Below are positions 25,117-38,804 of a DNA stretch of 64,000 bases, in pieces. The stretch spans positions 29,450,001 to 29,514,000 of the forward strand of contig NC_043014.1 of assembly GCF_006345805.1 (NCBI RefSeq), written 5' to 3'. How positions within the stretch are numbered: position 1 is the stretch's first letter; the number at the start of each line of letters is the position of its first letter. Made by a program: the position numbers and the translations under genes. Origin of the DNA: Octopus sinensis. Taxonomy: Eukaryota. A model generated the notes under the pieces. It was not told where the DNA came from. It searched no databases and saw nothing but the letters and a program-made list of their open reading frames with translations.

Positions 25117-25386
25117 CTACAAACGGCCTTTCATTGTTTATGATCTGTACATATTTTTGGTTACGGAATAAGTTAGACATACGTGTATCTACTTTACATA
25201 CATATATGAGTTGAAAATTTTCTTTTCACATTTCACTTAACGTCTATGCTCCATGCTGGCATGGGTTGCAGAGTTGTGTAGAAAGTTGACCTCTCAGCTA
25301 CTAGCAGTTGAGGCCTGCGTAATCTAGGCGGCATTTTTAAATGTCATTTTTTTTTTAACCCGTGCAACGCCAGGTATTTCTGCTAG
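24350..25386 (+). mobile_element. Helitron 3' portion with terminal hairpin and CTAG
   Basis: ACCCGTGCAACGCCAGGT subterminal hairpin, then CTAG (25383-25386) followed by T. Confidence 0.75.
24370..24889 (+). pseudogene. Helitron PIF1-like helicase C-terminus
   Basis: YPMEFLNSL..PG..PH.L..K.GAPIMLLRNLDAPRLCNGTR...FIPRIPL...PFQFKRLQF.VKLSFAMSINKAQG*S...GQMYVG.SRV; one in-frame TAA at 24728-24730. Confidence 0.95.
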
Positions 25387-25470
25387 TATATATATGTGAC
25401 CGCGTGTGTATCGTGGGGGATTTTCTTTCTCCGTCTTCCCTCCTTTGGACATTTTCTTGTTTTTTTCTAT

Positions 25471-25505
25471 ATTTCTGACAAAGAGCTCCGCTCGAAACGT
25501 TAAAT
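25471..25505 (+). ncRNA. Degenerate minimal type I hammerhead-like motif in a Penelope-type terminal repeat
   Basis: ATTT-CTGACAA-A-GAGC(TCC)GCTC-GAA-ACGT-T-AAAT; G8 appears mutated to A. Confidence 0.5.
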
Positions 25506-25592
25506 CCTCCTCCTTTCTTTCCTTTCCTGAGCGTCCAATAACACTATACTTATTCCACGTCCTCGCGTTGTTGTGTTTTCTGTTTGGATTAA

Positions 25593-25641
<49 letters not shown>

Positions 25642-26129
25642 TGTGTGTGTGTGGTGTGTGTGTGTGTGTGTGTGTGTCTGTTTGTGTGTGTGTGTGTATG
25701 TATGCATGTATGTGTGTGTATATATATATATATATAAGCATGTTTTAAACATATCCATTACAATAGGTTAGAAAGAATAATTATGTAATTATATGGATAG
25801 CAATTTGTTCGCCCCCTTTAAAACCCAAGGCATGCCTGCACCACCAGCCCATGAGAAATAAAGTAATGCTTTTGGTTAGATTTAAATTTTAGTGAAAGGT
25901 TATTTGTTTCGTACGGTATGTAGATACTGGTAGCAAAGCTCTGTTGCGTAAGGTTCGATTATAGATTGATGGAAAAACATGAACTTTAACATTAATAGCT
26001 GAATATATATATGTGCGCGTGTGTGAGAGGGAATCAGAAAACGGCAGCAATGTGTATGTTTATGAGCGTGTATATATGTGTGCATACATATACACACGAA
26101 CAATATACATACGTATTTATATATGTATG

Positions 26130-26210
<81 letters not shown>

Positions 26211-26438
26211 ATATAGTATACGTACATGTATATATGTGCATACATATATGTACATATATAAAATATGCATATCATAGATATGAATATAAGCCCATTCATG
26301 CATACACACATAAATATATGCATATACATATATATACATATATATATAAATATATATACACACATATATGTATATATATATGATTGTGTAAATGTGTATA
26401 TATATATATATATATTTATACATACATACATACATACA

Positions 26439-26472
<34 letters not shown>

Positions 26473-26607
26473 AATCATGCATACACACAGATGTGCATAT
26501 ATAACAACACGAATTTAGGAACGTGTAATATATAAAAAAAATTATACACGCGTAGAAAAGAATGAAATGAAGGTAATGTATGCACAAATGGGAAATGCAG
26601 ATTTGTG

Positions 26608-26640
<33 letters not shown>

Positions 26641-26974
26641 AATGCGTGTGTGTTTATGTGTTGGTGCATGCGTGTTACGTGTGAGTAAGTGTGTGCGCGC
26701 GCTCGTACGCGAATGTGTGTGTGTGTGTGTTTGTGAGTGCGATTGCATGTGTCAGTTTCTGCGTGAGTTTCTGTGAGAGTGTGTGGGAAGGAAGGTCTTC
26801 CAATTAATATGTAAGTGGCTGAGTACGCGCTAACATCGGGGCATGATAGCGCGGAGAAATGTCGATCCTTTCAATAACAAATGCATTCCATACACGTAAA
26901 AAACACTCAATATTATTGTTAACCTCGTCACAGTTTTTAAGAAATGTCTACCCTCCAAAAATTGTTGCAATAAC

Positions 26975-27050
26975 CTAGAATCACGAATCAGTTGCAGGAA
27001 GGTCTGGAGAACAAGGAGAATGAAGTAAAACTTCCAAATTTAGTGCTATA
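26975..27050 (-). pseudogene. Small mariner transposase relic
   Basis: Minus strand gives LNLEVLLHSPCSPDLPATDS, matching the mariner HPPYSPDL motif. Confidence 0.55.
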
Positions 27051-27095
27051 ATATTTTTTCTGAGAAACTGGGGCAATATATATTGTTGCAATATG

Positions 27096-27303
27096 ACGGC
27101 GAGCTAGCAGTATCGTTAACACACCGAGCAAAATAACGACATGTCGTCCGTCTTTATGGTTTGAGTTCAAATTCCGCCTAAGTCGGTTTTACCTTCGATC
27201 TTCCCGAGGTTGATAAAATAAGCACCAGTTGAGCACTGGTGTTGATGTAATCCACTTACTTCCTTCCCCGAAATCGTTGCCAAAATTTGAAACCAATATT
27301 ATC
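27096..27303 (+). mobile_element. SINE family M, diverged copy
   Basis: GAGTTCAAATTCC B-box and the family M core. Confidence 0.75.
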
Positions 27304-27642
27304 GTGTGAAAGCAGCATCATTTTACGAGCAATTTTTAGTTCCCTACATTAACTGTTTAGATGAAAGGTTCTCAAGCGATTTCTTACCCATGGACCCCTT
27401 TGCTTCCTAATTCATTCGGGTGAACCCTCACAACTACGGAAAGTTTTAGTAGAACAAATCAACCTCAGTACTTAAGTTTTAAGCCTGGTACTTATTCAAT
27501 CGATCGTTTTTTTTTATTGTATAGGTGTGCTTGCGTGTATGAGTGTGTGTGTGTGTGTATATACAAGTATATATGTATAAATATATACATGTATGTATAT
27601 ATATATGTATATATATGTATTATATATATATGTGATATATAA

Positions 27643-27692
<50 letters not shown>

Positions 27693-27946
27693 ATATATAA
27701 TAAAATACAAAATAGCAAAATAGGACAAGAACGCAAAACTAGGTGATACAAAAAGGGACAACAAAAATCCAGATAGACGATACAAAAAACAAGGACGGTT
27801 ATTCGAAGCCTTTTATCTCCAGTCAAGAACCGTATCATCCTCGTAATTTCGGCTGATGTGTGTGTGTGCGTATGAATATAACATATGTATATATATATAT
27901 GTATATAATCTGTATAAATGATAATATATATGTATATATATATGTC

Positions 27947-28036
<90 letters not shown>

Positions 28037-28124
28037 ATGTGTGTGTGTATATACACAATTATATACACACACATATATATATATATATTATATATATATA
28101 TGTGTGTGTATATCTATGTGTATA

Positions 28125-28973
28125 TATAAGTAAATTGTCACCATTTTATATATCTAATTTCGTGCATGTGCATTGTTTGTTTTTGAGTTTGTTGACTACA
28201 CAGCATTGTAGGGTCAGTTGGGAACCGTCTGTGAGAAGAAGAGCACTATGACGCAATTCATTCTGCCAGAAATTTGGAATTGACATGCTCTACTGCTTAG
28301 CATTCGCGCCAGAAGCTCCAATACGAACAGATGGTGAACACACAGAACAACCACTGGCTTGCCGTGTCCCCAAAATATGTACTGAAAGTGATAAAAATCA
28401 AACATCTAGGGTTTGTACCGATCATTAGTGATGGCGACATTATGCCTCCATTCGTCTTCCTACACGGCCGCAGACTCAATATGGAAGTCTACATCAAGTG
28501 CCTGGAGGAGATAGTGCTGCCCTGGGTCAGGAGGGTGACCCTAATCTGGCAACAGGACTCTGCACCATGCCACACAAGCAGGAGAACACAGTTATGGCTG
28601 TCAGACAATTGCTGTGACCACATCACCCCTAACATCTGGCTACCTAACTCCTCAGAGTGCAACCCCTTCATTATGTGGGGCGCAGTTGAGCAAGGGACCA
28701 ACAAAACTCCTTGTAACACCAAAGATGAACTGAAGGCAAAGATTATGGCAGCATTGACCAACATAAACAAGAAGACGGTCCAGAAGAGCTGGAGGAGATT
28801 CCGAAGTGTGGAGACCGTAGTTGAAGCCAATAGCGATTTTATTATATAAATTTACTCTTTAGTATTTCAAGATATTTTTTATGTAATGTTGGTAAATATA
28901 TCTATTAAAATGAGATGTTAGTGTTATTTTCATTTTTGCGTAATTTAGACGACAGTTGATTCACCACACCCTG
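28125..28973 (+). mobile_element. Internally deleted maT (DD37D-type) Tc1/mariner element
   Basis: ORF 28331-28849: DGDIMPPF, YIKCLEEIVLPW, WQQDSAPCHTS, WLPNS.ECNP, WGAVE; right end ...ACCACACCCTG (CAGGGTG-type TIR); left TIR degenerate. Confidence 0.85.
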
Positions 28974-28975
28974 TT

Positions 28976-29007
<32 letters not shown>

Positions 29008-29105
29008 ATATATCTATATATATATAGGGAAAGTTTACGAAAGACGAAGACAGGTGGTGTACAAAACAAACAGATGTATTAGTATAACGCTCAGGAATAG
29101 AAAAA

Positions 29106-29142
29106 GTCTTTTACGTTTCGAGCCTACGCTCTTCTACAGGAC
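29106..29142 (-). ncRNA. Degenerate hammerhead-like motif in a short Penelope-type repeat (about 29025-29210)
   Basis: GTC-CTGTAGA-A-GAGC(GTAG)GCTC-GAA-ACGT-A-AAAGAC; downstream CTGAGCGT shared with the 25471 and 43200 copies. Confidence 0.4.
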
Positions 29143-29210
29143 GGTACACGGAAAAAAAAAACAAGGAGAAAAACAAGGAGAATAAAAAATGTTTGTAGTG
29201 GCTAACGATC

Positions 29211-29985
29211 TTAGGTTGTTTCACATGAAGGTAACAATATTTGAAAGGTAACAATAAAATATTTCAGAAGTATTAGGGAACTGATTTCTTTAATCAAAAT
29301 ATGATCTATGTTCATTTATGACATTTACCCAACGTTTCTCCATATCATATATTCCATCTTTAAAAAATAATCCTCTTTTGCTGTGATAAACGGCCGGAAT
29401 GTTTCAATTACCTCTTCTCTATTTAAGAATATTTTATTACTTATGAAAAGCTCAAAATGCTTTTTAAAGTGATGCTCAGTTGGAGAGATATCAAGGGAAT
29501 AGGTGATATGTTGCAAAATCTAATAACTCAGTCTTTGCAACTTTTGAACCGTAGCTTGAGGAGCGTGAGGACCTGCATTGTCGTAGAGCAAAACTGGGCC
29601 ATCTCTATTCACTAGTCTGGGTTGCTTCTTTTTCAAATTCTCGTGCATACAGTCAATTTCCTGGCAATACGATGTTGCTTATAACGTTTTTCCTTCTTGC
29701 AAAAATGAATAATGAATAACTCCTTTCGCAGACCGCCATACAACAACCACTAACTTTTTAGGGTGCAATGGTGGGTTTGGGTAGTGTTTAGGTGACTCTC
29801 CAGCATCTAATCACTGTCCTGTTCTGCAGTTGTCAAAGATTATCCATTCCTCATCACAGGTAATGATTTGATGCAAAAATAATCTTTCTCCAGTCGAGAA
29901 AACAATAAGGAGCACACATCGAGGCATCTGTTTTTTTTTTCTTTTTTAATCTCATTCAGTTGATATGGAACTATCCGTCGAGCTT
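29211..29985 (-). mobile_element. Mariner 3' half, decayed
   Basis: KKLDG.VPYQL, ITCDEEWIIFDN, LHPKK, YSLDISPTEHH; TIR-like TTAGGTTGTTTCACATGAAGG at 29211. Confidence 0.85.
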
Positions 29986-30615
29986 TTTACAGTTTCTGTC
30001 GACCAAATCCACTGACAAGGCTTTGGTCTGGGGCTATAGTAGAAGACTCTTGCTCAAGGTGGGTAGGACTGAACTCGTGACTACATGGTTGGAAAGCAGG
30101 CTTATCAAACAGATGGTCTTGCCTTCGTTAGTTGAATTCCTCTGCGATTTAAATACCTGAAAATCAAACGCTGATAAACCAAATTAAAATAATGATACTG
30201 GAATTTTTTTCTGAAAGGTGAGTTACCCATGAAAGAGATATAATTAATTGCCGGTTACCATATTTGAGGTGGCGATTCAAAATTACGTTTTAATTAAGTG
30301 AAATTATAACTCTAATGAGAGAAAAAATATAATTAGTGCTAACGAAAAATTTTCTCACTAGGAATAAGGGAAGTAACTCTTGAAATTTCAATTCACTGAA
30401 AATTTACTGATATGCAGAGGACGATAATTTCAATTTTATGTAAAATAAATTAACCTTCTTGCTGCTACAATTACAGTAGCCTGCATTTAGCTCTATGTCT
30501 TTCTTGCAGAAGAGAACCTGCGATGTTTTTCAGTGCTATTGTATATTTTATATGTGTGTGAATATGCGTGTGGTTGATTGAGTGTATTTGCTTGTTTGTG
30601 TGTGTTTGTGTGTGT

Positions 30616-30651
<36 letters not shown>

Positions 30652-31624
30652 ACGCGCATATATATATATTAATGTAAATCGAAAAAGAGACAATGAGAAA
30701 GGGGAAATAAGTTGAAGATATGAGATACATTATTCAAAAAATAAACAGGAAAAGTGTAATGGATAGACAAAGGAAAAGGAAAAATGTGTGAGAGGGAGAG
30801 AGAGGGAGGTGGGGTTGCATGTGTGCGTGTTTATGTGTTTATGTATGTGGACATCTGTATGATTTGAGGAGAGTAAAGAGTGAGTGAGTGAGTGACTGTG
30901 GTTGTGAATAAGGATTATGAATAGGTGGAAGGGGAAATGGAGGAATAGGTGAAAGGAGGGTAAAAAGTCTGGAAATGCTAGGAAGATGAGGAGACTGGAT
31001 CAATAAATGCCAGACGCTGGGACAGACAGGCAGACATACAGACAGACAGGCTGGTAGGCAGTCAAGTAGTTGAAACGACAGGGTGACATACAGACATTAC
31101 GAAACAGGCTGTCAAGATTGTCGAAATGACACAGACAGACAGGCAAAATTCCGAATAAGACAGGCTGACCGGCAGACAAACAGACAGACAGTTGAAGCGA
31201 CACACAGATTAATAGAAAGATTCCCAAAGAGACAGACGGACAGACAAACAGAAAGACAGGCAGACTAAACGACAGGCAGACAGACAGACAGACAGTTGGA
31301 TGACTTCATAGAAGGACAATTAAGACAGGCTGACAGACAGACAGACAGACAGACGCACACAATTAATACACAAACTGCTAATGGAGGGGTTGATGGTGAT
31401 GGTTATGTTAATGATGGTGCTGCTGCTGATGATAATAATGGCGATGGTGGTTGGTGGCGGTTGTATTCAGCGAATGGTTAGGATGAAAATATCGGGTGGG
31501 ATACACAGGTGGGAGGGAGGTGTGCTAGTGACGACGGGATCAAAAGGTTAGAGGTGATAGTGTGAGATGTTAGCCATGGATAGGGCGGGGTGATTGTGAC
31601 AGTTATAGTAGGGGTATCACCGTG

Positions 31625-31625
<1 letters not shown>

Positions 31626-31675
<50 letters not shown>

Positions 31676-31708
31676 TAGTAGTAGTGGTGGTGGTAGCAGC
31701 AGCAGTAC

Positions 31709-31742
<34 letters not shown>

Positions 31743-32118
31743 TGTTATTGTTGTTGTTGTTAGTGGTGTCGGTGGTGGTGGTTGTAGTAGTGGCTCGGTT
31801 GGAAACTGCTATTTGGTTGTTGGCAGTTGTTGATGTTAAGCCCCCAAGTCAACCCTGACCAGACAGACTTATGATGAAATGCATTCCAACCGTGACCCTA
31901 TTTTTTTATTTGCTTTTTTCCTTGATTTTTTTTTTTTTTAGTGTTTTAGAGATATCTAGGAATACACTGTCAAATGTGTTCAGTATTTAAAACAGTAGGA
32001 TGTGATTCGAGGGAAAATTTCGCTGTTTTTTTGTTTTTTTAGTTGGTTATGTGCGGTTGTGGTGCTGTGCTACAAAGTATATGGATGGTGATGGCGATGA
32101 CGACGGTGGTGGTGTTGG

Positions 32119-32165
<47 letters not shown>

Positions 32166-32172
32166 GTGGTGG

Positions 32173-32219
<47 letters not shown>

Positions 32220-32295
32220 GTGATGGTGATGATGATGATGATGATGACGACAATGACCATGGTGATGGTGGTTGTGGTGGTGATGATGATGATGA
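31626..32295. repeat. (AGT)n, (GTT)n and (GAT)n tracts
   Basis: Directly visible at about 31626-31790 and 32085-32295. Confidence 0.93.
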
Positions 32296-32378
32296 GACGG
32301 GTGGTGGCGTGGGAAGGCAGTGGGAGAAACAACGATGAGAACAGAATAGAATAAAATAGACTAGTGCGAGTTAGGAGG

Positions 32379-32430
<52 letters not shown>

Positions 32431-33815
32431 GGATTGGCTGATTGTGGATGGAGGATAAGAATTAGCGGTGAGGTAATCCGGAGTTGGTAGTTGAAGGTTG
32501 TTGTCTAACAAAATTGTGCAATCTTACTTTTTTTTCTTTTTTCAATATGGTGCGTCGATATGCGGGAAACTTGACTGTTGCTTTTAACATGTCGAACGAC
32601 TGCACCGAGTTTGCATCGGAAATGTTAGTAGGAGGTAGTAAGGATATGAGGACGAGAGTTAGATGGCAAAAGGTAGTTGTCACTGTTGTTGTTTAGCCCC
32701 AGGTCAGCCATGATTGAGTAGATATTTAATGAAAAGATTTCCAACCGTGACCACTCCATTTTCTTGTCAGGGACAGTGTATTTAGGACTATATAATTTCA
32801 ATACCTCGTTTCGGTTTGTTTTATTTTATTTTAATTTATTTTTTAATGGTAGAGTGTTATTTTAGGGAGATGTGGCTGCTAGCTCTAGCAAATTAAATGA
32901 CCACGGAGAGATTTCTTCGACGAGATAGGAGACGGTGGCGTGAGTTGATGGTGATGGTGGCAGATATTGAGAGGTATTGGTGAAAGCTTTAACAGGCGAA
33001 GACAACTATGTACTCAACGAGTGAGTGAGTGAGTGAGTGAGTGAGTGAGTGAGTGAGTGAGTGGGGAGGTGAATGTGTATATGTACGAATATAAGTGTGA
33101 GTATTAGCAGGAAAGAAAAGAGACAGTGATAACTGGAGGGTGTATGTGAGTGCTCTTCTACCTTCATACTCCTCTTCTAGTTGTCTGTGCAGTGATATTT
33201 GGTAAAAATTTGCAGTAGCAACAGTTTGGTGGCCACCATGACCACCATCACCATTATCATCACGATCATCACGATCATCATAAGCTACTGAAGGAGCTTC
33301 AACTTCAAGAAATTGTTGCCGATTAACCTTGAATTATGCTCTGCCGTCTTTGAAAAAAAATAAATAAAAACAATTAGACAATATTCTACATACACAGCGT
33401 ACGAAATGATCACGTCTAGAACGCCTTTGAAAATAGGACTGCTGAATCAGGACTGACCTGGGGTTAAGCATCATCGCCGTCGTCGTCGTCGTCGTCGTCA
33501 TCATCATCATCTCATCACCACCATCATATTATTCAACATCATCATCGTTGTCGTCGTCACCACCATCACCACAGCGCTCATCGTTTCCACAATCCTTCGT
33601 TATTGTAGTTGGGTAATCCGAAATAAGCTCTTATCGAGCATACTTACAATCAAAGACAATCTAATCATGATCATCCCACCCACCCCTTTTCCCCCATCAT
33701 ATGCCTTTTCATAGGATTTATGTTTGATGTGAAATTAATATTTTAAGGAACAGGCAGTAAGATTTCGTAGTTGCTTCTAGCAGATCGAGCGACCACATAG
33801 AGTTCCCTTTTATAC

Positions 33816-33853
<38 letters not shown>

Positions 33854-33944
33854 ACGCATACACACGTGTATGGATGCTTAGCAGTGGTGGTGACATTCCA
33901 GCCATAACCATCTCGTTTTATCGTTTACGAGTGAACTCCAGACT

Positions 33945-34216
33945 ACATCATCCAAGGGGTCCATTTTTTAAAGACCAGGGTCCACATGGCCCCTAGAGGT
34001 CCATATAAGATTTAATTGTTAAAATTTATGTGCAATAAATTGGTTATACTTCTACAATACCCAAAATATTTTTTTTAAATTTAATATAATTCCTAATAAT
34101 TTTGAATAATAAAAATTTAATAAACACTTTTTTACAAACATTGAATGGGTACGAGGGTCTACCCGAATAAAAAAAATGAAAGGGATCCATAGGTGAAAAA
34201 TGGTTGAAAACTACTG
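33945..34216. mobile_element. hAT MITE related to 20149-20851
   Basis: Right TIR GGTTGAAAACTACTG at 34202-34216; GGGGTCCAT subterminal motifs. Confidence 0.65.
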
Positions 34217-34930
34217 TTGTACAGTATGCTTGAGATTCGACTATTGTTTCTAGCAAATCGAAATGCTACACAGATTTTCCTCTTTGCTGGTCACTTTGTG
34301 TGAAGGATGCCGTGTAATACACTTAGTACGAGATTAGGTTTCGATTTGCATAAAAGAGCGTCTACATGGCTATACGATATACAAGAAATAGCAGCCAAAG
34401 ATAATCAAATTTCAACCTAGTGTCTTAGGAAAGCACGCGTTCCAAATGTTTTTCCAGATTCCTTGCAAAACACTAAAGGACAGAATGGTGAGGGACTAGA
34501 ATGCCTTTCATCAGGTTACACCAAGAAGCAAACAACAAAGATTACAACAACAACCACAACAACAACAACAACCACTTAATGGATATTTCATCTGATTCCA
34601 CTGGTCTCTACACATATGTGTATATGTAAGGTGTCTAAACTGCAATTTGTTACGCGCAAAATATGTCATAATCAAGCACGTATGCGAAAAAATGCATTCC
34701 AACCCTGACAATGCCGTCTTTTGTTTTGTTATGCAAATACCCTGAAACATGTCTGCAGATGCCTGACCAACAAGGGGAAGCGGCTGACCTCCCCTGTTCG
34801 AAGGTTATAATGGACACAGGTTCGTGTGTCATATAGCTAGCCAGAAGCGATGGCCTCTTGGAACTAATCAACGACAGCTTTAGTCTTATATTTATGGACT
34901 GCCATATTAGCTTGGCGATAACTGTTAATT

Positions 34931-35043
<113 letters not shown>

Positions 35044-35409
35044 CTGAGGAACGCATTCACAGGATTTCAGAGTCATCTTCCGGCCTTAGTGGAAGCTGGA
35101 AGCAGTTACTTTGGGTAAACTGTTATCTTTTAGCTATAATATGCTTCATTTTGGGATTTTTTAAATACTTTTATTTTGAATAGGATATTGCGGTTCCCCT
35201 CCCTCCTTTTATGCAAACTTTCAAATTTAGCCCGAACACTCAGGATTTAATCTAACTTCTGGGCTTCTTTAATTGGAACTATCCAAATAATATTATCCGT
35301 TAAACACATAAAGAAAAACTGCGACTATGACTGCATTAGCTGAAAGGGTATTGATAACGTTTTTCGTATTAAAGAAGAAAGACAACTGTATCACTTGTTT
35401 GCTTAAAGA

Positions 35410-36010
35410 AAAACACTTATGATAACATTTCTTGTAGACCTGCCTTCCTTTAAGAATACTTTACCATTGTCATTCCTCATTCTACGACTTAAATCCACAT
35501 GCAGCTGGCCATGCTGGAATACTGGTTTCTCAAGATAAATTATGCTACACTGCATGGTTTATCCTTGTGCTTTACGTATAATAACTGCGAAGCATGATTG
35601 CATCATGAACTGGGTCCGCTCAACAGGTACATCATCACCTAATGTTTTGAGCTTAATTCTAGGAATCATGACAATATTATTTTTTAATGCACCCACATTG
35701 ATCTTAGCTACGATTAGATTCTCCAGCATTTCTTGTACTATCATCCGTGTTCTATTGCAAAGTCTTGCAGGATCTAAGTTTCTCATTGAAAATACGGGAA
35801 ATCCTCTCTTCAATTCCAGCTTATGTTGTTGCAATCCAGACAGTTCAAGAGAATCAATGAATTCTGTGGTAAAGTGACATTAGCTCCTTCTCTCACAGCA
35901 ATAAGTGAACAGTATTCTTTCGTTGTTCCTGGGAAACATTTCATAGATACTTAATTGATTTTTTCTATCATTTCATTGAAAGAACCGAGAAACAATTCTC
36001 AGAGAACAAT
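35410..36010 (-). pseudogene. Second, divergent Helitron helicase remnant
   Basis: EFIDSLELSGLQQHKLELK.G..V..MRNLDPARLCN.TR..., MIPRIKL, FAV.IRKAQG*TM, VFQHGQLHV.LSR. Confidence 0.9.
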
Positions 36011-36566
36011 TTCTACAAGATTATTGAATGTCACACAAATGAAATCAATGTAATAATGTATGAGGAAAATAAAACAAATCAAAAAAATTAATTAAAAAAA
36101 TCGAAAGAATGAATCAAAATAATGAAACCTTGAACTGCAAATAATAAAAAAATGAAAGAAATAAGTATCTAAAACATAAAGCGACGTATAATATACGCAA
36201 AATGATTCATCTGGGTACATGTGAGAGAAACAGTGTGTGTGTTTGTGTGTATATATGTGTGGTGTGTATGGGAGTATATGTACTCTATGGAGGCAATAGT
36301 AAAAATTTTAACTGTAAATAATATAAATTTCAAATAAATTTTATGTAAAAATTCTACTTGAATATTTTCAAGTCTTCTAGACTTAATAAGAAACAGTCAA
36401 ACGTATGAATAAGAATAGCGAAAATTTGAACCGTAAGTATTAACTATTTACTGTTTACGGTACTTGATGTGCGTTATAACTAATCAAGAACGTAAAAGGC
36501 CGTTGGTGACTGTGAAGAAATCATGACAGAATATCTACAACGTAAACGGACCTTGTAAGGAAAATA

Positions 36567-36654
<88 letters not shown>

Positions 36655-37062
36655 TGTGTGTGGTGTGCGTGCGTGGTGTGTGCGTGTGACGGAGAGAGAG
36701 AGAAAGAGAAAATGACAAAGTGAGGGGAAGAGGAAGTCAACGCGTGAGAGAGAGTATGTGTGTGTGAGTGTGTGTACTGTATGTGTATGTGAGATAGACA
36801 ATGTGTATGTGATTGAGAAACAACCATCTCAGTTTTGTAATGAATTTGAATGAAAAAATTTGTATCTGAATATTTTCAAGACCATAGACTTGAGAAAAAT
36901 ACTCGTAATTTTTTTAACTTCAAAATAATGTAATTAAAAAAATATATATGAAAACAATTTCAGCGAAGAATAGACTATTTCAGCCACAATCAAGGTACAG
37001 TCAAACGTGCATATTAGATTTCTAATATACGTTCGATAAACCCACAGTAGTTACACGGACCC

Positions 37063-37100
37063 TATAAACACATAGTGGTTACACAGACCCTAGTTTCATT
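37063..37100 (+). promoter_or_regulatory. Candidate core promoter (TATA + Inr)
   Basis: TATAAA at 37063-37068; YYANWYY Inr CTAGTTT with A at 37092 (29 nt downstream). Confidence 0.35.
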
Positions 37101-37153
37101 CAATCGTCTCTTCAGTCGACACAGTGATGTCCCTGTGAAGCCGCCATTTTTAC

Positions 37154-37214
37154 ATGACAATAAAGTATTTTCCAGCATTTTGCTGCTTAGCCCTGTTCTG
37201 CGTTTTGGCCTCAA
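37154..37214 (+). CDS. Candidate first exon encoding a signal peptide
   Basis: MTIKYFPAFCCLALFCVLAS then phase-1 donor CAA|GTGGGT at 37215; downstream exons not established. Confidence 0.4.
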
Positions 37215-37382
37215 GTGGGTGGAATTGTGGCATATCTAAAGTATTTCCTCGACTATGCGTATGTGTATATGTACATGTATATGTATATGTGTGTATACAT
37301 ATATGTATATGCATGTATATATATATATATGTGTGTGTGTGTGTATACTCTTTTACTTGTTTCAGTCATTTGACTGCGGCCA

Positions 37383-37483
<101 letters not shown>

Positions 37484-37600
37484 CTATATATATATACCGG
37501 AGTAAACACATAAATGTGAAACAAGGTGGAAAAAAGAGTACTCAAATACCAGTGGTAGAGTAATATGCTTTATTTAAAGCAGCAGAAAATTCAACAAAAC

Positions 37601-37638
37601 CTGTTACTCTGAGTTTCACGTTGCCGTTCGTCGGACAG
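37601..37638 (-). ncRNA. Minimal type I hammerhead ribozyme candidate
   Basis: CTGT-CCGACGA-ACG(GCAA)CGT-GAA-ACTC(A)GAGT-A-ACAG; all three helices pair, GNRA loop, GUA cleavage triplet; U4 is C. Lies in a short repeat at about 37497-37640. Confidence 0.65.
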
Positions 37639-37645
37639 CTTATGC

Positions 37646-37701
<56 letters not shown>

Positions 37702-37949
37702 TATATGTATACACACACACACGAGTACGAACAAGCTATATTTACGATAGCAGGATCAACATTGATTTGATATTATCATTGTGTCATATATTCCTAAACA
37801 TAAGTTATACATATGGCAGCAAACCCGCCCAAGTGTGTCTCTCAAGAAATTGTTTTCTCATAAATACCAGAGAAATTAATATTTTTTTAATGAAATATGT
37901 TCATAAAACGTTTTTCCGGAGCTAGGAAGAGGAGTTTCGGACAATTCGC

Positions 37950-38490
37950 ATTTGTCAGCTTTCTTGCATCGTAATTTTCTTGAATAAGGATATCATTTTT
38001 TATAAATGTTTCTACAAATACTTTTCAGAGTGTATAAATTTCTAATAAATTGAAATTTTTATGGAAATATTCTTGTTGAGTGCGCATACATACATATTGA
38101 CACACATCACATATGTCTACAAAATGCAACTTGAAACTTCGTAAATTTGAGATGTGTGTTAGTATGGATGTGTGCGTGCCCACCATTTTTTCCACATTAA
38201 ATTCCTATATACCATAATGTATACATTCTGAAAGACATTTGTAGAGAATTTTATTTTAAAAAAATTAACCCCTCCTTTTTGTTATGAAGAAAGAAAACCA
38301 ACTCGTGTAGATTTTTCGAATCTTCTCTCCCTAGCCACGGGAAAAATTTTCACAACTTCCGGTGTAATCGGAATCTACACCACAAGAGGCGTATTTGTAG
38401 AAAATCTTATTAAAAAGTATCCATTTTTCTGGACGTTATGAAGAAACAAATTCGAGGGGGTGCATACTTGTGTAGGTATGCCCATATGGC
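37950..38490. repeat. Element with internal subrepeats TATTTGTAGAAAATTT...AAAATATCCATTTTTTC..GAAGTTATGAG
   Basis: Units at about 37960(-), 38235(+), 38393(+); inverted homologue at about 40230-40520. Confidence 0.6.
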
Positions 38491-38663
38491 ATGCATGTGA
38501 AAAGAGCGTTTGCAAGAGATGCAATATAAAGGAAAGTGGAACGTCAAAATTGGGAAACGTAAAATAGAGCTATAAGATGAATTGTAATTATGTTAAAAGA
38601 ACGTGCATTTATAAATAATAACAAACTACTGCCTAAATATTGCCAGTAAATTCACACACACAC

Positions 38664-38712
<49 letters not shown>

Positions 38713-38804
38713 CACATACACACACACATACACACACACACTTTTAATACAGTTAGTCTTCGTTATTAAACACAACATCATCGGACATACCATTATCCTA
38801 TCAC

